From IMG/VR virus record IMGVR_UViG_3300032255_000002, positions 1 through 59,541 of that record: a DNA stretch of 59,541 nt; one strand, written 5' to 3'. The stretch comes from a virus. Taxonomy: Duplodnaviria; Caudoviricetes. The notes under the pieces were generated by a model. It did no database searches. It saw only the letters and a list, made by a program, of their open reading frames with translations, and had not been told where the DNA came from. This document shows positions 8,812-18,364 of the stretch, in pieces. The position numbers and the translations under genes are program-made. Numbering within the stretch: the stretch's first letter is position 1; every line of letters begins with the position of its first letter.

Positions 8812-10038
8812 GTGGCAAACACACTCACTAGTATTCTACCCAAAATCCTTGCGCGGGGACTCGGGACGCTTCGAGAGAAAGCGATTATGCCTCGCGTTGT
8901 CAACGGCTCCTATTCAACGGAAGCCAAAGAATTCGGAAACACGATTGATATCCCGGTGCCGACTGCGGTTTCGACGATTGACGTTACTCCGAGTAATACT
9001 CCTCCTGCTTCCTCGGGTTCGACTCCGGGACTTGTTCAGCTTCAGTTGAACAAGTGGAAGCAAAACGATCCGATCCATCTTACGGATAACGAGCTTACGC
9101 AGATTGACAAGAACAAGCACTTCTTGCCTATGCAAATGAGCGAAGCTCTCAAGAGTCTTGCGAATGATGTGAACGTAGATATTCACAACAACTACCGCAA
9201 CCTGTCGAACGGCGTTTTCGGCGCAACCGGAACTGCCGGAACTACTCCGTTTGCTACTACGGTTGCCGCAGCTACTCAAGGTCGAAAGCTCTTGAGTCAA
9301 CAACTGGCACCGAAAACAGATCGGCGCGGTATTCTCGACTTCGACGCAGAGGCGAACGCACTTGAGCTTTCTCCCTTTGCCGATGCCGAGAAAACTATGT
9401 CTTCGATGGTGAAAATCGAAGGCGAAATCGGGCGAAAGTACGGTATTGACTGGATGAGCGACGATGCGGTTTTGACGCATACGGCGGGAACTCTGGACAA
9501 CGGCACCATTGCAGCCGCGAACGTCAACAACGGTGCGGGTTACGCAATCGGTGCTAGCTCTGTCAACATCGACGAAACTTCGCTCACGGGAACTATCGTT
9601 CTTGGAGACGTTATCTCTTTCGCTGGACATTCTCAAACGTACTGCGTGATTGAGAATACTTCGAGCGCGGAGTACAGCGGTGCGGGAGATGTGACCACGG
9701 GCGTTTATACCGCAGCGTCGAACGCTATTACTGGTTTGTCTTTCTACCCTGCTCTAGTAGCAGCGGTTGCGGACAATGAAGTTATGACCTTGACCGCAAC
9801 GCATGTTGTAAACATGGTTATGCACCGGGACGCTATGGCTTACGCTACTCGTCCCCTTGCCGTTGCTTCTACGGATCTGGAACTCGGTTCCAAAATCCAA
9901 TCTATGCAAGATCCCGTTACCGGATTGATCTTGCGACTTGAGGTTTCCCGTCAACATAAACAAGTTGTGTGGGAATTTGACATTCTGTGGGGCTCGAAAC
10001 TGGTTCGTCCGGAATTGGCCGCTCGGGTGCTTGGCTAA
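8812..10038 (+). CDS. Major capsid protein (P22 coat-like, with insertion domain)
   Basis: MANTL..., G.TI.IP.P, GEIGR.YG, NMVMHRDA, FDILWG....RPELA motifs. Confidence 0.92.
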   Translation: MANTLTSILPKILARGLGTLREKAIMPRVVNGSYSTEAKEFGNTIDIPVPTAVSTIDVTPSNTPPASSGSTPGLVQLQLNKWKQNDPIHLTDNELTQIDKNKHFLPMQMSEALKSLANDVNVDIHNNYRNLSNGVFGATGTAGTTPFATTVAAATQGRKLLSQQLAPKTDRRGILDFDAEANALELSPFADAEKTMSSMVKIEGEIGRKYGIDWMSDDAVLTHTAGTLDNGTIAAANVNNGAGYAIGASSVNIDETSLTGTIVLGDVISFAGHSQTYCVIENTSSAEYSGAGDVTTGVYTAASNAITGLSFYPALVAAVADNEVMTLTATHVVNMVMHRDAMAYATRPLAVASTDLELGSKIQSMQDPVTGLILRLEVSRQHKQVVWEFDILWGSKLVRPELAARVLG

Positions 10039-10051
10039 TAGCCGAGTGTTT

Positions 10052-10085
10052 GGGGAGATAGTGTTTTTACGGATGCTATCTCCCC
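10052..10085 (+). terminator. Stem-loop after the capsid gene (terminator or stabiliser)
   Basis: GGGGAGATAGTGTTT-TTAC-GGATGCTATCTCCCC; no strong U tract. Confidence 0.55.
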
Positions 10086-10119
10086 TCTAACAACTAACAA
10101 AGAAACAAGAAGGACAAAA

Positions 10120-10413
10120 ATGCAGAAAGCAAATCAGTTCACTCCGCTCGATTCGAGACAACAACAAGAGTTTCTCAAGGCCGGAGGCCATAAAACGCAG
10201 AAGCACGATACGGTTACAGTAATTCGTAAGAAAGACGGCGCGAAGATGTGTATTGCCGGGAAAGATCTCGACAAGTACAGCGCTATTTACGGAGAGCTTG
10301 AACGTGTAAGTGAGAAAACTCACGAACCGATTGTAATTTCTGGAGGAGAAGACTCTCCAGAATCACAGACTCCGGAACAAGGTTCGCGAACTACGGGCTT
10401 TAAGCTCAAGTAG
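10120..10413 (+). CDS. Hypothetical protein after the capsid gene
   Basis: ORF with AAGGA upstream. Confidence 0.7.
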   Translation: MQKANQFTPLDSRQQQEFLKAGGHKTQKHDTVTVIRKKDGAKMCIAGKDLDKYSAIYGELERVSEKTHEPIVISGGEDSPESQTPEQGSRTTGFKLK

Positions 10414-10421
10414 GTTAGGAA

Positions 10422-10943
10422 ATGGCCGCAACATTCGTTGTAGAAACTGGTTCAGTAATTACGGGTGCAAACTCGTACGCTACAATTGCGCAAGCAGATC
10501 AGTACCACGAAAATTATGGAAACCCTTCCGCATGGTCTGCTCTTGCAGACGCGGACAAACAAGAAGCGTTGCGTAAAGCAACGCAATACTTGGATGCGCG
10601 ATACAAAGCGCGTTGGCAAGGGAGAAAAGTAAATTCGCTACAGCCTTTGTTGTGGCCGAGATCCTTCGTAGAGGATTCGGACGGAATCTATATTGCGGCA
10701 GACGAAATCCCCCAAGAACTTATCGACGCGGTTTCTATTCTCGCGCTAATAAGCTTAACAGACACTCTTAGACCCGACGTAGCAGCGAAAAATTCCGGTA
10801 TTTCGTCCGAGAGTAAAGGCGTCGGGCCGCTTAAAACATCCGTAACGTACATCGGGTCAAAGCCGACGTACAAAACATACACACTTGTACACGACTTGGT
10901 TCGTTCGTTTCTACACGCTCGCGGATCGGTAAGGAGAGCTTAA
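10422..10943 (+). CDS. Head-tail adaptor (often annotated as DnaT-like)
   Basis: VETG....ANSY, ALRKAT.YLD, Q.L.WPR and VGPL...Y motifs. Confidence 0.85.
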   Translation: MAATFVVETGSVITGANSYATIAQADQYHENYGNPSAWSALADADKQEALRKATQYLDARYKARWQGRKVNSLQPLLWPRSFVEDSDGIYIAADEIPQELIDAVSILALISLTDTLRPDVAAKNSGISSESKGVGPLKTSVTYIGSKPTYKTYTLVHDLVRSFLHARGSVRRA

Positions 10944-10947
10944 AGCT

Positions 10948-11349
10948 ATGGCTGGCATTACTAATTATCTTGGCAACGCGATTGCCGATCATGTATTCGG
11001 AAAAGCAACTTACACGGCACCGACGAATATTTACGTGGCTCTGTTCACAGTTACGCCTTCGGATACGGGAGGTGGAACAGAAGTAACAGGAGGTTCATAC
11101 GCTCGGGTTTCAACGGCTGCGGCTGATTGGAATGCCGCAACGTCTGCTGGGCTTATTGACAACCTGAACGCGATTACGTTTACAACCGCAACGGGTACTT
11201 GGGGAACTGTGGTAGCCGTTGGTTTGTTTGACGCATCTTCGGGCGGAAACCTTCTCGGCTGGAAAGACGGTCTTTCGCAGTCGGTTACTTCTGGCATTAC
11301 TGCCGAGTTCGCAGTGGGCGAGCTAGACGTAAACTTTAACGCAAACTAA
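10948..11349 (+). CDS. Small virion structural/fibre-associated protein
   Basis: NYL.NA..DHVFG..YTAPT.IYVALFT..P...GGGTEV.GG.YAR...A.G.WGTV pattern common in phage virion modules. Confidence 0.75.
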   Translation: MAGITNYLGNAIADHVFGKATYTAPTNIYVALFTVTPSDTGGGTEVTGGSYARVSTAAADWNAATSAGLIDNLNAITFTTATGTWGTVVAVGLFDASSGGNLLGWKDGLSQSVTSGITAEFAVGELDVNFNAN

Positions 11350-12632
11350 TGTTCTTCACAATCGCACTTCTCGCGCTCTTGCAAACACAAGAGAGTTCGC
11401 GTCCAGAAAAGCTAGAAGCTCTCGAACTCAAACCGAATATTCTAGAATTCTGCATGGATGATGTTGGATACGCGGATCTGGCTTCCGTTCCTACTCCGAA
11501 TATTGACGCTCTGATAGCAGTATCGTTCGACTTCCCGATTTCGTACGTAACTGCTCCTGTTTGCAGCGCGTCTAGGGCTTCGAGTTTAGCGGGGAGGTAC
11601 TCATCGGATTTCGATATTGGACATTTTGTAGGCCCCTTGAGTTCGACTAGTTTTCCTCCTGGAGTACAAACGAAAGCTACTCTTCTCAAGGGAGCGGGAT
11701 ACCAAACAGCGCACTTCGGTAAATGGCACTTGAATGTTCAAGATCCTCCCGCACCGGGAGTGGTTGGAGGATTCGATTGGTTCTCCGCAACAAGCTTGCA
11801 CAATCCAGCAATCATGTTAGTTGACGGAAGTGGGATGCTCGGAGATTACTTCACTTGGAATCGCGTAGACAACGGAATCGAGTTCGTCGACAGCTCTGGC
11901 TATATGACGGAGATCCAAGGAGACGAAGCCAAACTTTGGTGGAGTAATGCACAGGAGCCTAAGTTTGCGCAAATGTGGTTCATGGCTGCGCACAATCCGC
12001 AGCACATTCCGCCTGCGTACTTGCTACCGTTCGCATGGCCCGTCCCTACAACTGAACGGGAAAAATTCGAAGCGTCCATTATCGCAATGGATACGATGAT
12101 TGGGGAGATTCTCAGCGCTGTAGATTTGAATACAACTTACGTCTTCTTGTGGAGCGACAACGGCACTCCTCCTACGGTTGTTCTTCCTGGACAGGACCCC
12201 GCGAACTTCAAATTCTCAATGAAAGAAGGGGGAATCAACACTCCTTTTTACATTCACGCTCCAGGACAAAAGAGCGCAGCAATTAAGAGACGGATGATTA
12301 GCTCCGTGGATTTCTTGGAGACATACGCGGATATCGCGAACGTCTCTTCTACGGCAAACGACGGAGTTTCGTTCGCTAATCAACTAGGTGTGCAGACCGC
12401 TCCTTTTCAAATTCGCGATTGGATCTACGCGGTAAAGTTCAAGCCTAACGGGGCAGGACCGTACACAGTACGAGAGAGGATGTTGCGTACACTTGACGGA
12501 TTCAAATACATAAGAAAAGAAAAATCCGGGCAAGCTACGCAACATCTTCTCTACCTCCTCCCGGATGAAGACAACGAGATAACGAATGCTGCGAAACTTT
12601 CGGAGCTATCTGCAATTGTAGACACGCTGTAA
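11349..12632 (+). CDS. Formylglycine-dependent (S1) sulfatase
   Basis: PNIL...DD.G, TPNIDAL, CSASRASSLAGR (CxxxR), GYQT..FGKWHL, H.P.H, SDNG, K.S..EGG. Confidence 0.88.
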   Translation: MFFTIALLALLQTQESSRPEKLEALELKPNILEFCMDDVGYADLASVPTPNIDALIAVSFDFPISYVTAPVCSASRASSLAGRYSSDFDIGHFVGPLSSTSFPPGVQTKATLLKGAGYQTAHFGKWHLNVQDPPAPGVVGGFDWFSATSLHNPAIMLVDGSGMLGDYFTWNRVDNGIEFVDSSGYMTEIQGDEAKLWWSNAQEPKFAQMWFMAAHNPQHIPPAYLLPFAWPVPTTEREKFEASIIAMDTMIGEILSAVDLNTTYVFLWSDNGTPPTVVLPGQDPANFKFSMKEGGINTPFYIHAPGQKSAAIKRRMISSVDFLETYADIANVSSTANDGVSFANQLGVQTAPFQIRDWIYAVKFKPNGAGPYTVRERMLRTLDGFKYIRKEKSGQATQHLLYLLPDEDNEITNAAKLSELSAIVDTL

Positions 12633-12633
12633 T

Positions 12634-15600
12634 ATGGCCGTAGAAACTATCATCGAAAGCATCGGAGCGAGTAAGGACTACGCTACGGTTTCCGCTTGGA
12701 AGGTCGCGCATGATGGCGAAGACCTTACAACCGGAGGTGCAGACGGTGACGGTATCATTTACATCGGAGAACTCTACGACTCGATAGTAAGTACCGCACT
12801 TCTTTATCTAAATGAAGTAGGAGCGGGAACGGTAACGAGTGCTACTCAATACCGGTGGTTACGAGCCGCTTCCGGAGCGTACTACGATCCGACAGACGGG
12901 ACAGGAGCGAAGCTTCGGAATACGGGCGGCTCCGGTGTGATTCGCGTACGTGAGGCGCACTTCCGAATAGGTCCAGGGATCGCGCTGCATATGGATCAGA
13001 ACGTCTCCACTACTCTAAGAGTTGTTCGTTTTGATCGGGCATCCTGGATGAACGGGGTTTTCTTGGAGCATTCCCAAGGAAGCAATGCAAGCAACGCGAT
13101 TGTGTTTACTTCGAGCGGCATTCCTTCCGGGCAGACGGTTCAGATTTCAAGTTGTCTTTTGAAAGGTTCGAACAATCGCACAACGGCTGCGATTGGTCCC
13201 CGTTACGGGTTCGACCTAGATGCGACTACGGGAGGTAGTGCCGGAGATGTAGAGGTGTTTAACTGCACGGTCTACGGCATTTCACAGAACAACGAAACGC
13301 CTATCTTTGTTCCGCCTCAAGGCGTCGGAATGGTGACAGGCGGAAACACAACAGCGCACAACAACATCATAGTTATTTCGCAAGTGTCGGACTACGACCT
13401 AACTGCAACACCTTCAGCGTTCACGTACAATCTTTCCTCTGATGCTACGGCAACGGGAACAGGTTCTCTGATAAATAAGCTTTGGTCCGACGTTTTAGAA
13501 GACGCGGTAAACGGAGATTTCTCTTTGGCTTTGGGTTCTCCAGCTATCGACGCTGGAACAGACCTTAGCGGATCTTGGTATGAAGGAACTCCAGAAGACT
13601 TTCTAGAGGTCGAGCACGACAACGATGGTCTTGGTTGGGAAATGGGCGCGTTCAATTACGATACGATCGCACCGATCTCTGCTGAGATTTCTGGAGAATC
13701 GTCTCTGTCTTCTACTATGGCGCGGTTCTACAGAGCTTCGGCAACTCTGAACCAAGAGAGCACGATAGACGCGAACGCGGATTTCTATTACTACGCTCAA
13801 GCTGCGATAGACGCGGAAACTTCTTTTCTCGCCGTTCTCTCCGCAGAGACGCAACTATCTGCGGAGATTTCAGCAGAGAGCGAGATAATCATAACGCTCG
13901 ACACGCTCGCTCGCTTGGGCGCGCTTATAGAAGCAAGCGGTTCGCTCTCCTCTGTTCTTTCTCTGTTGGCGCGTCTTTCGGCTAGCGTGGACGCGCAGAA
14001 GACTCTTTCGGTTACTCTTCGTGCGATGTGGCAAGCACAAGCGCTCATAGAAGCGTACGAAGAGATCGAAGCTACTTTAACGATCACAGGAAACGCAGGA
14101 TTCTCTGCTTCGATAGACGCGCATACAGAGCTTCTCGCAACGCTCACTACTTGTGCAAATCGTATTCTTACGAGCACCGATCTTGATGTAGACTTGATCC
14201 CGGAAACTCTTGCTCTTCTGCAAGATCTTGGAAAGCAAGTTACGTTTTTTGAAGAGTTTGCGGGAGGAATATACGCTCCGGAAGTAGGGGAGTATTCTCC
14301 TCCGAGACCCGCTCCTACGGAACACGTTGTTGATTGCTCTCCTCCGTTGACGTTCGAACTTCGCTTTGCAGGAGGTCTCGCGTTTGAGCGCTCGAACCTT
14401 AAATTAGGAGACGTTCGCCTAATCGCAGCCGCCTCCGGAGTATCCTTCACCCCGGTCGAAGGAATGAAGGTTACGTTTGATAGTTCGACTTGGTATATCG
14501 AGAAGATAGGCAAGATCTACACAGGAGAGCTTATCGGCGCGTACGATCTTTTACTCCGGGGAGGAGAAGCTCCGACACCCGGAGTAAATACTTCAGAGCT
14601 AGACGGAGACTTGACAGAAGCAGCGCTCGAACTCGTCGAAGAGAGCGGAAAATCCGTAACGTTCGTTGTCCCTGGAGCGGATGTTTACAACCCGGCTACG
14701 GGAGATGTTACGGAAGGGACGGAGACTGAAATCTCCGTGGATGTATCTCCTCCGGAGAATTATCGCGATACGTTCTCGGGTGCGAATACTCGCGTGTTTA
14801 TGCCCGCATTGAACGCAGCGCTCCAACCGTTCAGAGGCCAAACAGTTCACGTAGATAAGAAGCTATCGGCTCCGATTGACGCAGATACGTTATTCGGTAT
14901 CGTGAACTCCGGAGAATCTATCAACAAGATAACCGCGATTACATCCTCTGTGGCGGAAGAGTGGGATTGCGTTTTGTACGTACGAAAGAAATTCGCGGAT
15001 AGCACAGATCGTTTGTACTTACGCCCGTCTCTGAGAGATGTAGGCGAAGTTGTAACAGAACGCTTCCAAGCTATTTTCGATGAGTACGCAGGAACGATTT
15101 CGGGAGTGGCTACGTTCAATGGAGGTCCGTATTCGAGTTCGAACGTTCTTGTTGAAAACGTCAACTCCGAATGGTGGAAGCTAACGCTAACACTCACGGA
15201 TAATGCAGGGGACGCAGTTTCACAGAGATGGTACGTGTTTCCGTGGTCTTCTTCAGGAGTTAGAACAACCGTAGTTGCTAACACTCTTTGGGGAGCAGGA
15301 GTGCAGAACGGATTGGGCGCAGAGTTCTTCGCGGATCCGAACGATTTCTCTTTGTGGTCTCCAAGCGCAGGAGCAACTGTAACTGTGAATACGTACTCTT
15401 CTCCGGGAACACAAGTAGAAACTCCGTGTGTGTTCTCGGTTGTGGACGTGAAGTATTTGTATTCCGGGGAGCAGATCGCTTTGTACGAGCTTGCGCTTTC
15501 GGGAAACGATATTCCAACCGTGTTTTCTTCTACGTTTACCGACTTGGATACGGACTTTCTTGCGGAGTCGCTGGACCTAACAAACGAACTTGGCAAGGAA

Positions 15601-15900
15601 GTGCAGTTCTTCTTGCGAGATGAAACGTTCAGCCCTTCGACGGGTAACGCGGTTCTAAACTACACGCGGACGAAGACGCATCATTGCACCCCTCCTCAAG
15701 AGTACGCAGAGAAATTCATTGATGGAGAGGTAATCAAAGAAGGAGACGCGAGGATTTTTCTTCCAGCGATTGAGTTGGAGTTTACCCCGCACAAAGGACA
15801 ACGAACTCTTATTGATTGCGAAGTGTGGACGGTGGAAGAGATCGGACTTGTTTACTCGGGCGAACAAATCGCAATGTACAGCCTTCAAATCCGTCGGTAA
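12634..15900 (+). CDS. Neck protein: beta-helix, 20-aa repeat stalk and three tandem head-closure-like domains
   Basis: Internal triplication DLD.DL...L....GK.V.F...Y.P..G...PP..Y/F...Y.GE.I..Y.L; sits between adaptor and gp10-like gene. Confidence 0.75.
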   Translation: MAVETIIESIGASKDYATVSAWKVAHDGEDLTTGGADGDGIIYIGELYDSIVSTALLYLNEVGAGTVTSATQYRWLRAASGAYYDPTDGTGAKLRNTGGSGVIRVREAHFRIGPGIALHMDQNVSTTLRVVRFDRASWMNGVFLEHSQGSNASNAIVFTSSGIPSGQTVQISSCLLKGSNNRTTAAIGPRYGFDLDATTGGSAGDVEVFNCTVYGISQNNETPIFVPPQGVGMVTGGNTTAHNNIIVISQVSDYDLTATPSAFTYNLSSDATATGTGSLINKLWSDVLEDAVNGDFSLALGSPAIDAGTDLSGSWYEGTPEDFLEVEHDNDGLGWEMGAFNYDTIAPISAEISGESSLSSTMARFYRASATLNQESTIDANADFYYYAQAAIDAETSFLAVLSAETQLSAEISAESEIIITLDTLARLGALIEASGSLSSVLSLLARLSASVDAQKTLSVTLRAMWQAQALIEAYEEIEATLTITGNAGFSASIDAHTELLATLTTCANRILTSTDLDVDLIPETLALLQDLGKQVTFFEEFAGGIYAPEVGEYSPPRPAPTEHVVDCSPPLTFELRFAGGLAFERSNLKLGDVRLIAAASGVSFTPVEGMKVTFDSSTWYIEKIGKIYTGELIGAYDLLLRGGEAPTPGVNTSELDGDLTEAALELVEESGKSVTFVVPGADVYNPATGDVTEGTETEISVDVSPPENYRDTFSGANTRVFMPALNAALQPFRGQTVHVDKKLSAPIDADTLFGIVNSGESINKITAITSSVAEEWDCVLYVRKKFADSTDRLYLRPSLRDVGEVVTERFQAIFDEYAGTISGVATFNGGPYSSSNVLVENVNSEWWKLTLTLTDNAGDAVSQRWYVFPWSSSGVRTTVVANTLWGAGVQNGLGAEFFADPNDFSLWSPSAGATVTVNTYSSPGTQVETPCVFSVVDVKYLYSGEQIALYELALSGNDIPTVFSSTFTDLDTDFLAESLDLTNELGKEVQFFLRDETFSPSTGNAVLNYTRTKTHHCTPPQEYAEKFIDGEVIKEGDARIFLPAIELEFTPHKGQRTLIDCEVWTVEEIGLVYSGEQIAMYSLQIRR
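13675..14151 (+). repeat. About eight 20-aa (60-nt) coding repeats, xSAxIxAESxLxxxL
   Basis: Ala codons recur at exact 60-nt spacing: 13681, 13741, 13801, 13861, 13921, 13981, 14041. Confidence 0.8.
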
Positions 15901-16325
15901 TGGGAAGTAACGCAGAACAATTTGCGAGAGGTCTTGCACAGGAAGCCGCAAAGCTCCCTGTTACGGAACTGGTTCGTCTGCACAGGCGCATTGTTCTCGA
16001 AGCTTTGCGTTTGATTGTGGACAAGACTCCGGTACGTAGACCGCAGTTGAATGCGGACGGAAGCCCGAGAGCAAATCAAATTTTAGGTGGACGGGCGCGG
16101 GGCGGATGGCACGTAACGATAGGTTCTCCTGCTACGGAAGAAACAAGAACTGAAGACCACATCTCGCAAGCGCTTGACGCTCTTGCAACGTTGCAGCCCT
16201 ACACAACGGTTTATATTTCGAACAACGTTTTCTACATAATTTACTTGGAAGAAGGGTCTTCTTCGCAAGCTCCGCAAGGAATGGTTTCCGTGTCTGTAGA
16301 AGAACTGATAACGATATTTCCATGA
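15900..16325 (+). CDS. HK97 gp10-like tail completion protein
   Basis: TPV...GRARGGW.V, YISNNV.Y..YLE.G.S.QAP.GMV. Confidence 0.85.
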   Translation: MGSNAEQFARGLAQEAAKLPVTELVRLHRRIVLEALRLIVDKTPVRRPQLNADGSPRANQILGGRARGGWHVTIGSPATEETRTEDHISQALDALATLQPYTTVYISNNVFYIIYLEEGSSSQAPQGMVSVSVEELITIFP

Positions 16326-16729
16326 GTTTCGAAACACTACATAACGTGCATAGAGCGCGGTTCGATACGCAGGTAGCCGTTCCGAACGGGTATCTAGTTG
16401 TATACGATAATCGGACAATCGACGTTCCGGAAGATTCTCTTTGGCTGCAATGGTCTGTTATCGAAGGAGCAAGAACAAAAGTTCAGCAAGGAGAAGGAGC
16501 AGGAGGAACTTTTAGAACATCGGGTGTGTGCAAGGCTAATATCTTCATGCCCATAGAGAAGGGTGATAGGGAAGCGCTAGAAGCAGCAGACTTTATCAAA
16601 ACATCATTCCAGGCGGTTACCGATTCGGGCGTTGTGTACCGAGCACCTTATATCGGGTCTGGAAGACGAGAGGGCAAATGGTGGATTGTTACCGTTACTT
16701 GCCCGTGGTTCTTCGACGAAATTACTTAA
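16322..16729 (+). CDS. Tail terminator protein
   Basis: V.YDN, R.SG....IF.P...G, WW.V.V..P motifs; precedes tail tube. Confidence 0.75.
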   Translation: MSFETLHNVHRARFDTQVAVPNGYLVVYDNRTIDVPEDSLWLQWSVIEGARTKVQQGEGAGGTFRTSGVCKANIFMPIEKGDREALEAADFIKTSFQAVTDSGVVYRAPYIGSGRREGKWWIVTVTCPWFFDEIT

Positions 16730-16744
16730 GAGAAATAAAAAATT

Positions 16745-17914
16745 ATGGCTGCTGATGCTAATAGCGTAGCGCTTCGCTTTGTGGAGGAATCAACCTACGG
16801 TGAAACTCCTTCCGGCCCGCCTACACTTCAAACCCTTCGCTTTACGAGCGAATCCCTAAAAGAATCTACCGATAGCACGAAAAGTAACGAAATTCGTGCA
16901 GATCGAGCGACTTCGGATATTATCCGGACGGGTGTTCGAGCGGCAGGAGATATCAACGGAGAGATGAGTTACGGAACTTACGATACGTTGATTAAACATG
17001 CGTTCTTAGATTCTGCGTACTCGACGGTTATTGACGATACGGATACTACATACTCGATGGACGATACCGACAATTCAATTAACGATTCCGGAAACGGATT
17101 CGTTACGGATGGTTGGGCCGAGGGAATGTGGATGGAGATTCGAGGCTTCACGGGAACGGCTGCGAACAACGGGTACGCTCGTTGCGAAACTGTTGCAGCG
17201 GGCAAGATCATTCTGTCTCACCATACCGTAGTAACGGATGCTGCGGGAGAATCTGTAACCCTTAAAAATTCCGGGCACCTTACGGCAGGAACTACGCTCG
17301 GAAGTTCCGTCTTCGAAAAAGAGTTTACAGACCTTTCGAACACGTTCGCGACTTACAACGGGCTTTCTCCGAATGTTTGGGAACTCGCGATCTCTTCGAA
17401 CGGCATTCTTACTACGCGGTTCGGAATGATCGGCAAGCGTGAAGTGTCCGTAACTTCTACCATCGGAGACGGCTCTCCGACGGCTGCCACCACAACCTCC
17501 GTTATGAACGGAATTGATAACGTTGTCGGAATCTTCGAAGGAGGAACCTCTTTCGACCTTACTTCGTTTAACTTCACGCTCACGAACAACCTCCGAGAGC
17601 GTTTGAAAATCGGAACGCTCGGAGCGTTCGAACTCGGAAAAGGTTCGATTGACATTTCGGGAAGCTTTACCGCATACCTGTCGAGCAACACTCTTCCGGA
17701 TAAGCACTTGAATTGGACGGATACGAGCATTGCCGTTGTTATGGAAGACGCAGCGGGCAACGCTTACGCTTTGGATATTCCGAGCGTGAAAATCGTAGAC
17801 TCGGATCGTAATGCTACGGGTCTTAACACGGATGTTCTTTTGAATGCGACTTTTAACGGCAAGTTGCATCCTACCGAGCTTATTACTCTCGGTTGGTCTC
17901 GTTTCGCCGCATAA
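16745..17914 (+). CDS. Major tail tube protein
   Basis: EE.TYGETP, LRFTSESL, S.EIR.DR, F...NNL, ISGSFTAY. Confidence 0.88.
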   Translation: MAADANSVALRFVEESTYGETPSGPPTLQTLRFTSESLKESTDSTKSNEIRADRATSDIIRTGVRAAGDINGEMSYGTYDTLIKHAFLDSAYSTVIDDTDTTYSMDDTDNSINDSGNGFVTDGWAEGMWMEIRGFTGTAANNGYARCETVAAGKIILSHHTVVTDAAGESVTLKNSGHLTAGTTLGSSVFEKEFTDLSNTFATYNGLSPNVWELAISSNGILTTRFGMIGKREVSVTSTIGDGSPTAATTTSVMNGIDNVVGIFEGGTSFDLTSFNFTLTNNLRERLKIGTLGAFELGKGSIDISGSFTAYLSSNTLPDKHLNWTDTSIAVVMEDAAGNAYALDIPSVKIVDSDRNATGLNTDVLLNATFNGKLHPTELITLGWSRFAA

Positions 17915-17919
17915 ATCTA

Positions 17920-18327
17920 ATGACTAACTTAGCTCGGCTGGCAACCAATCCGGATGCAGAAATTCAGGGAGTATGGATTCCTTGGGTTATGGATATCGAA
18001 TTGTGCATTGCACGCATAGGCAACCCGAAATTTGATGCCTTTATGTCCGATCTTGTAGAACCGTTTGTTGTAATTCCTGGACAAGCTCCGAATTTATCTG
18101 AAGAGATGAAAGAGAAGTTTGTTCGGGAAGCAACGGCAAATTGTGTTCTGCTCGATTGGCGCAACGTTACCAACGAAGACGGTTCAATCCGTCCGTACAC
18201 TCCGGAAGAAGGTATCAAGCTTTTCGAAGACCCGGCTTATCGAGACATGTATAAATTCGTCGTTTCGCAAGCAAATTCGTTCAGCAACTACGCTGCACAG
18301 AAAGCTGAAGTAGCAGTAAAAAACTAA
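17920..18327 (+). CDS. Tail assembly chaperone (gpG-like)
   Basis: GVW, IAR.GNP.F, LLDW.NV....G...PYTPE; ends at the slippery site. Confidence 0.85.
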   Translation: MTNLARLATNPDAEIQGVWIPWVMDIELCIARIGNPKFDAFMSDLVEPFVVIPGQAPNLSEEMKEKFVREATANCVLLDWRNVTNEDGSIRPYTPEEGIKLFEDPAYRDMYKFVVSQANSFSNYAAQKAEVAVKN

Positions 18328-18364
18328 TTGACTGTCTCCATTGGAATCGCCAATGGGGACAGTC
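18318..18364 (+). promoter_or_regulatory. Programmed -1 ribosomal frameshift signal
   Basis: A AAA AAC at 18318-18324; 15-bp stem at 18330-18364; the -1 frame is open into ORF 18369. Confidence 0.88.
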
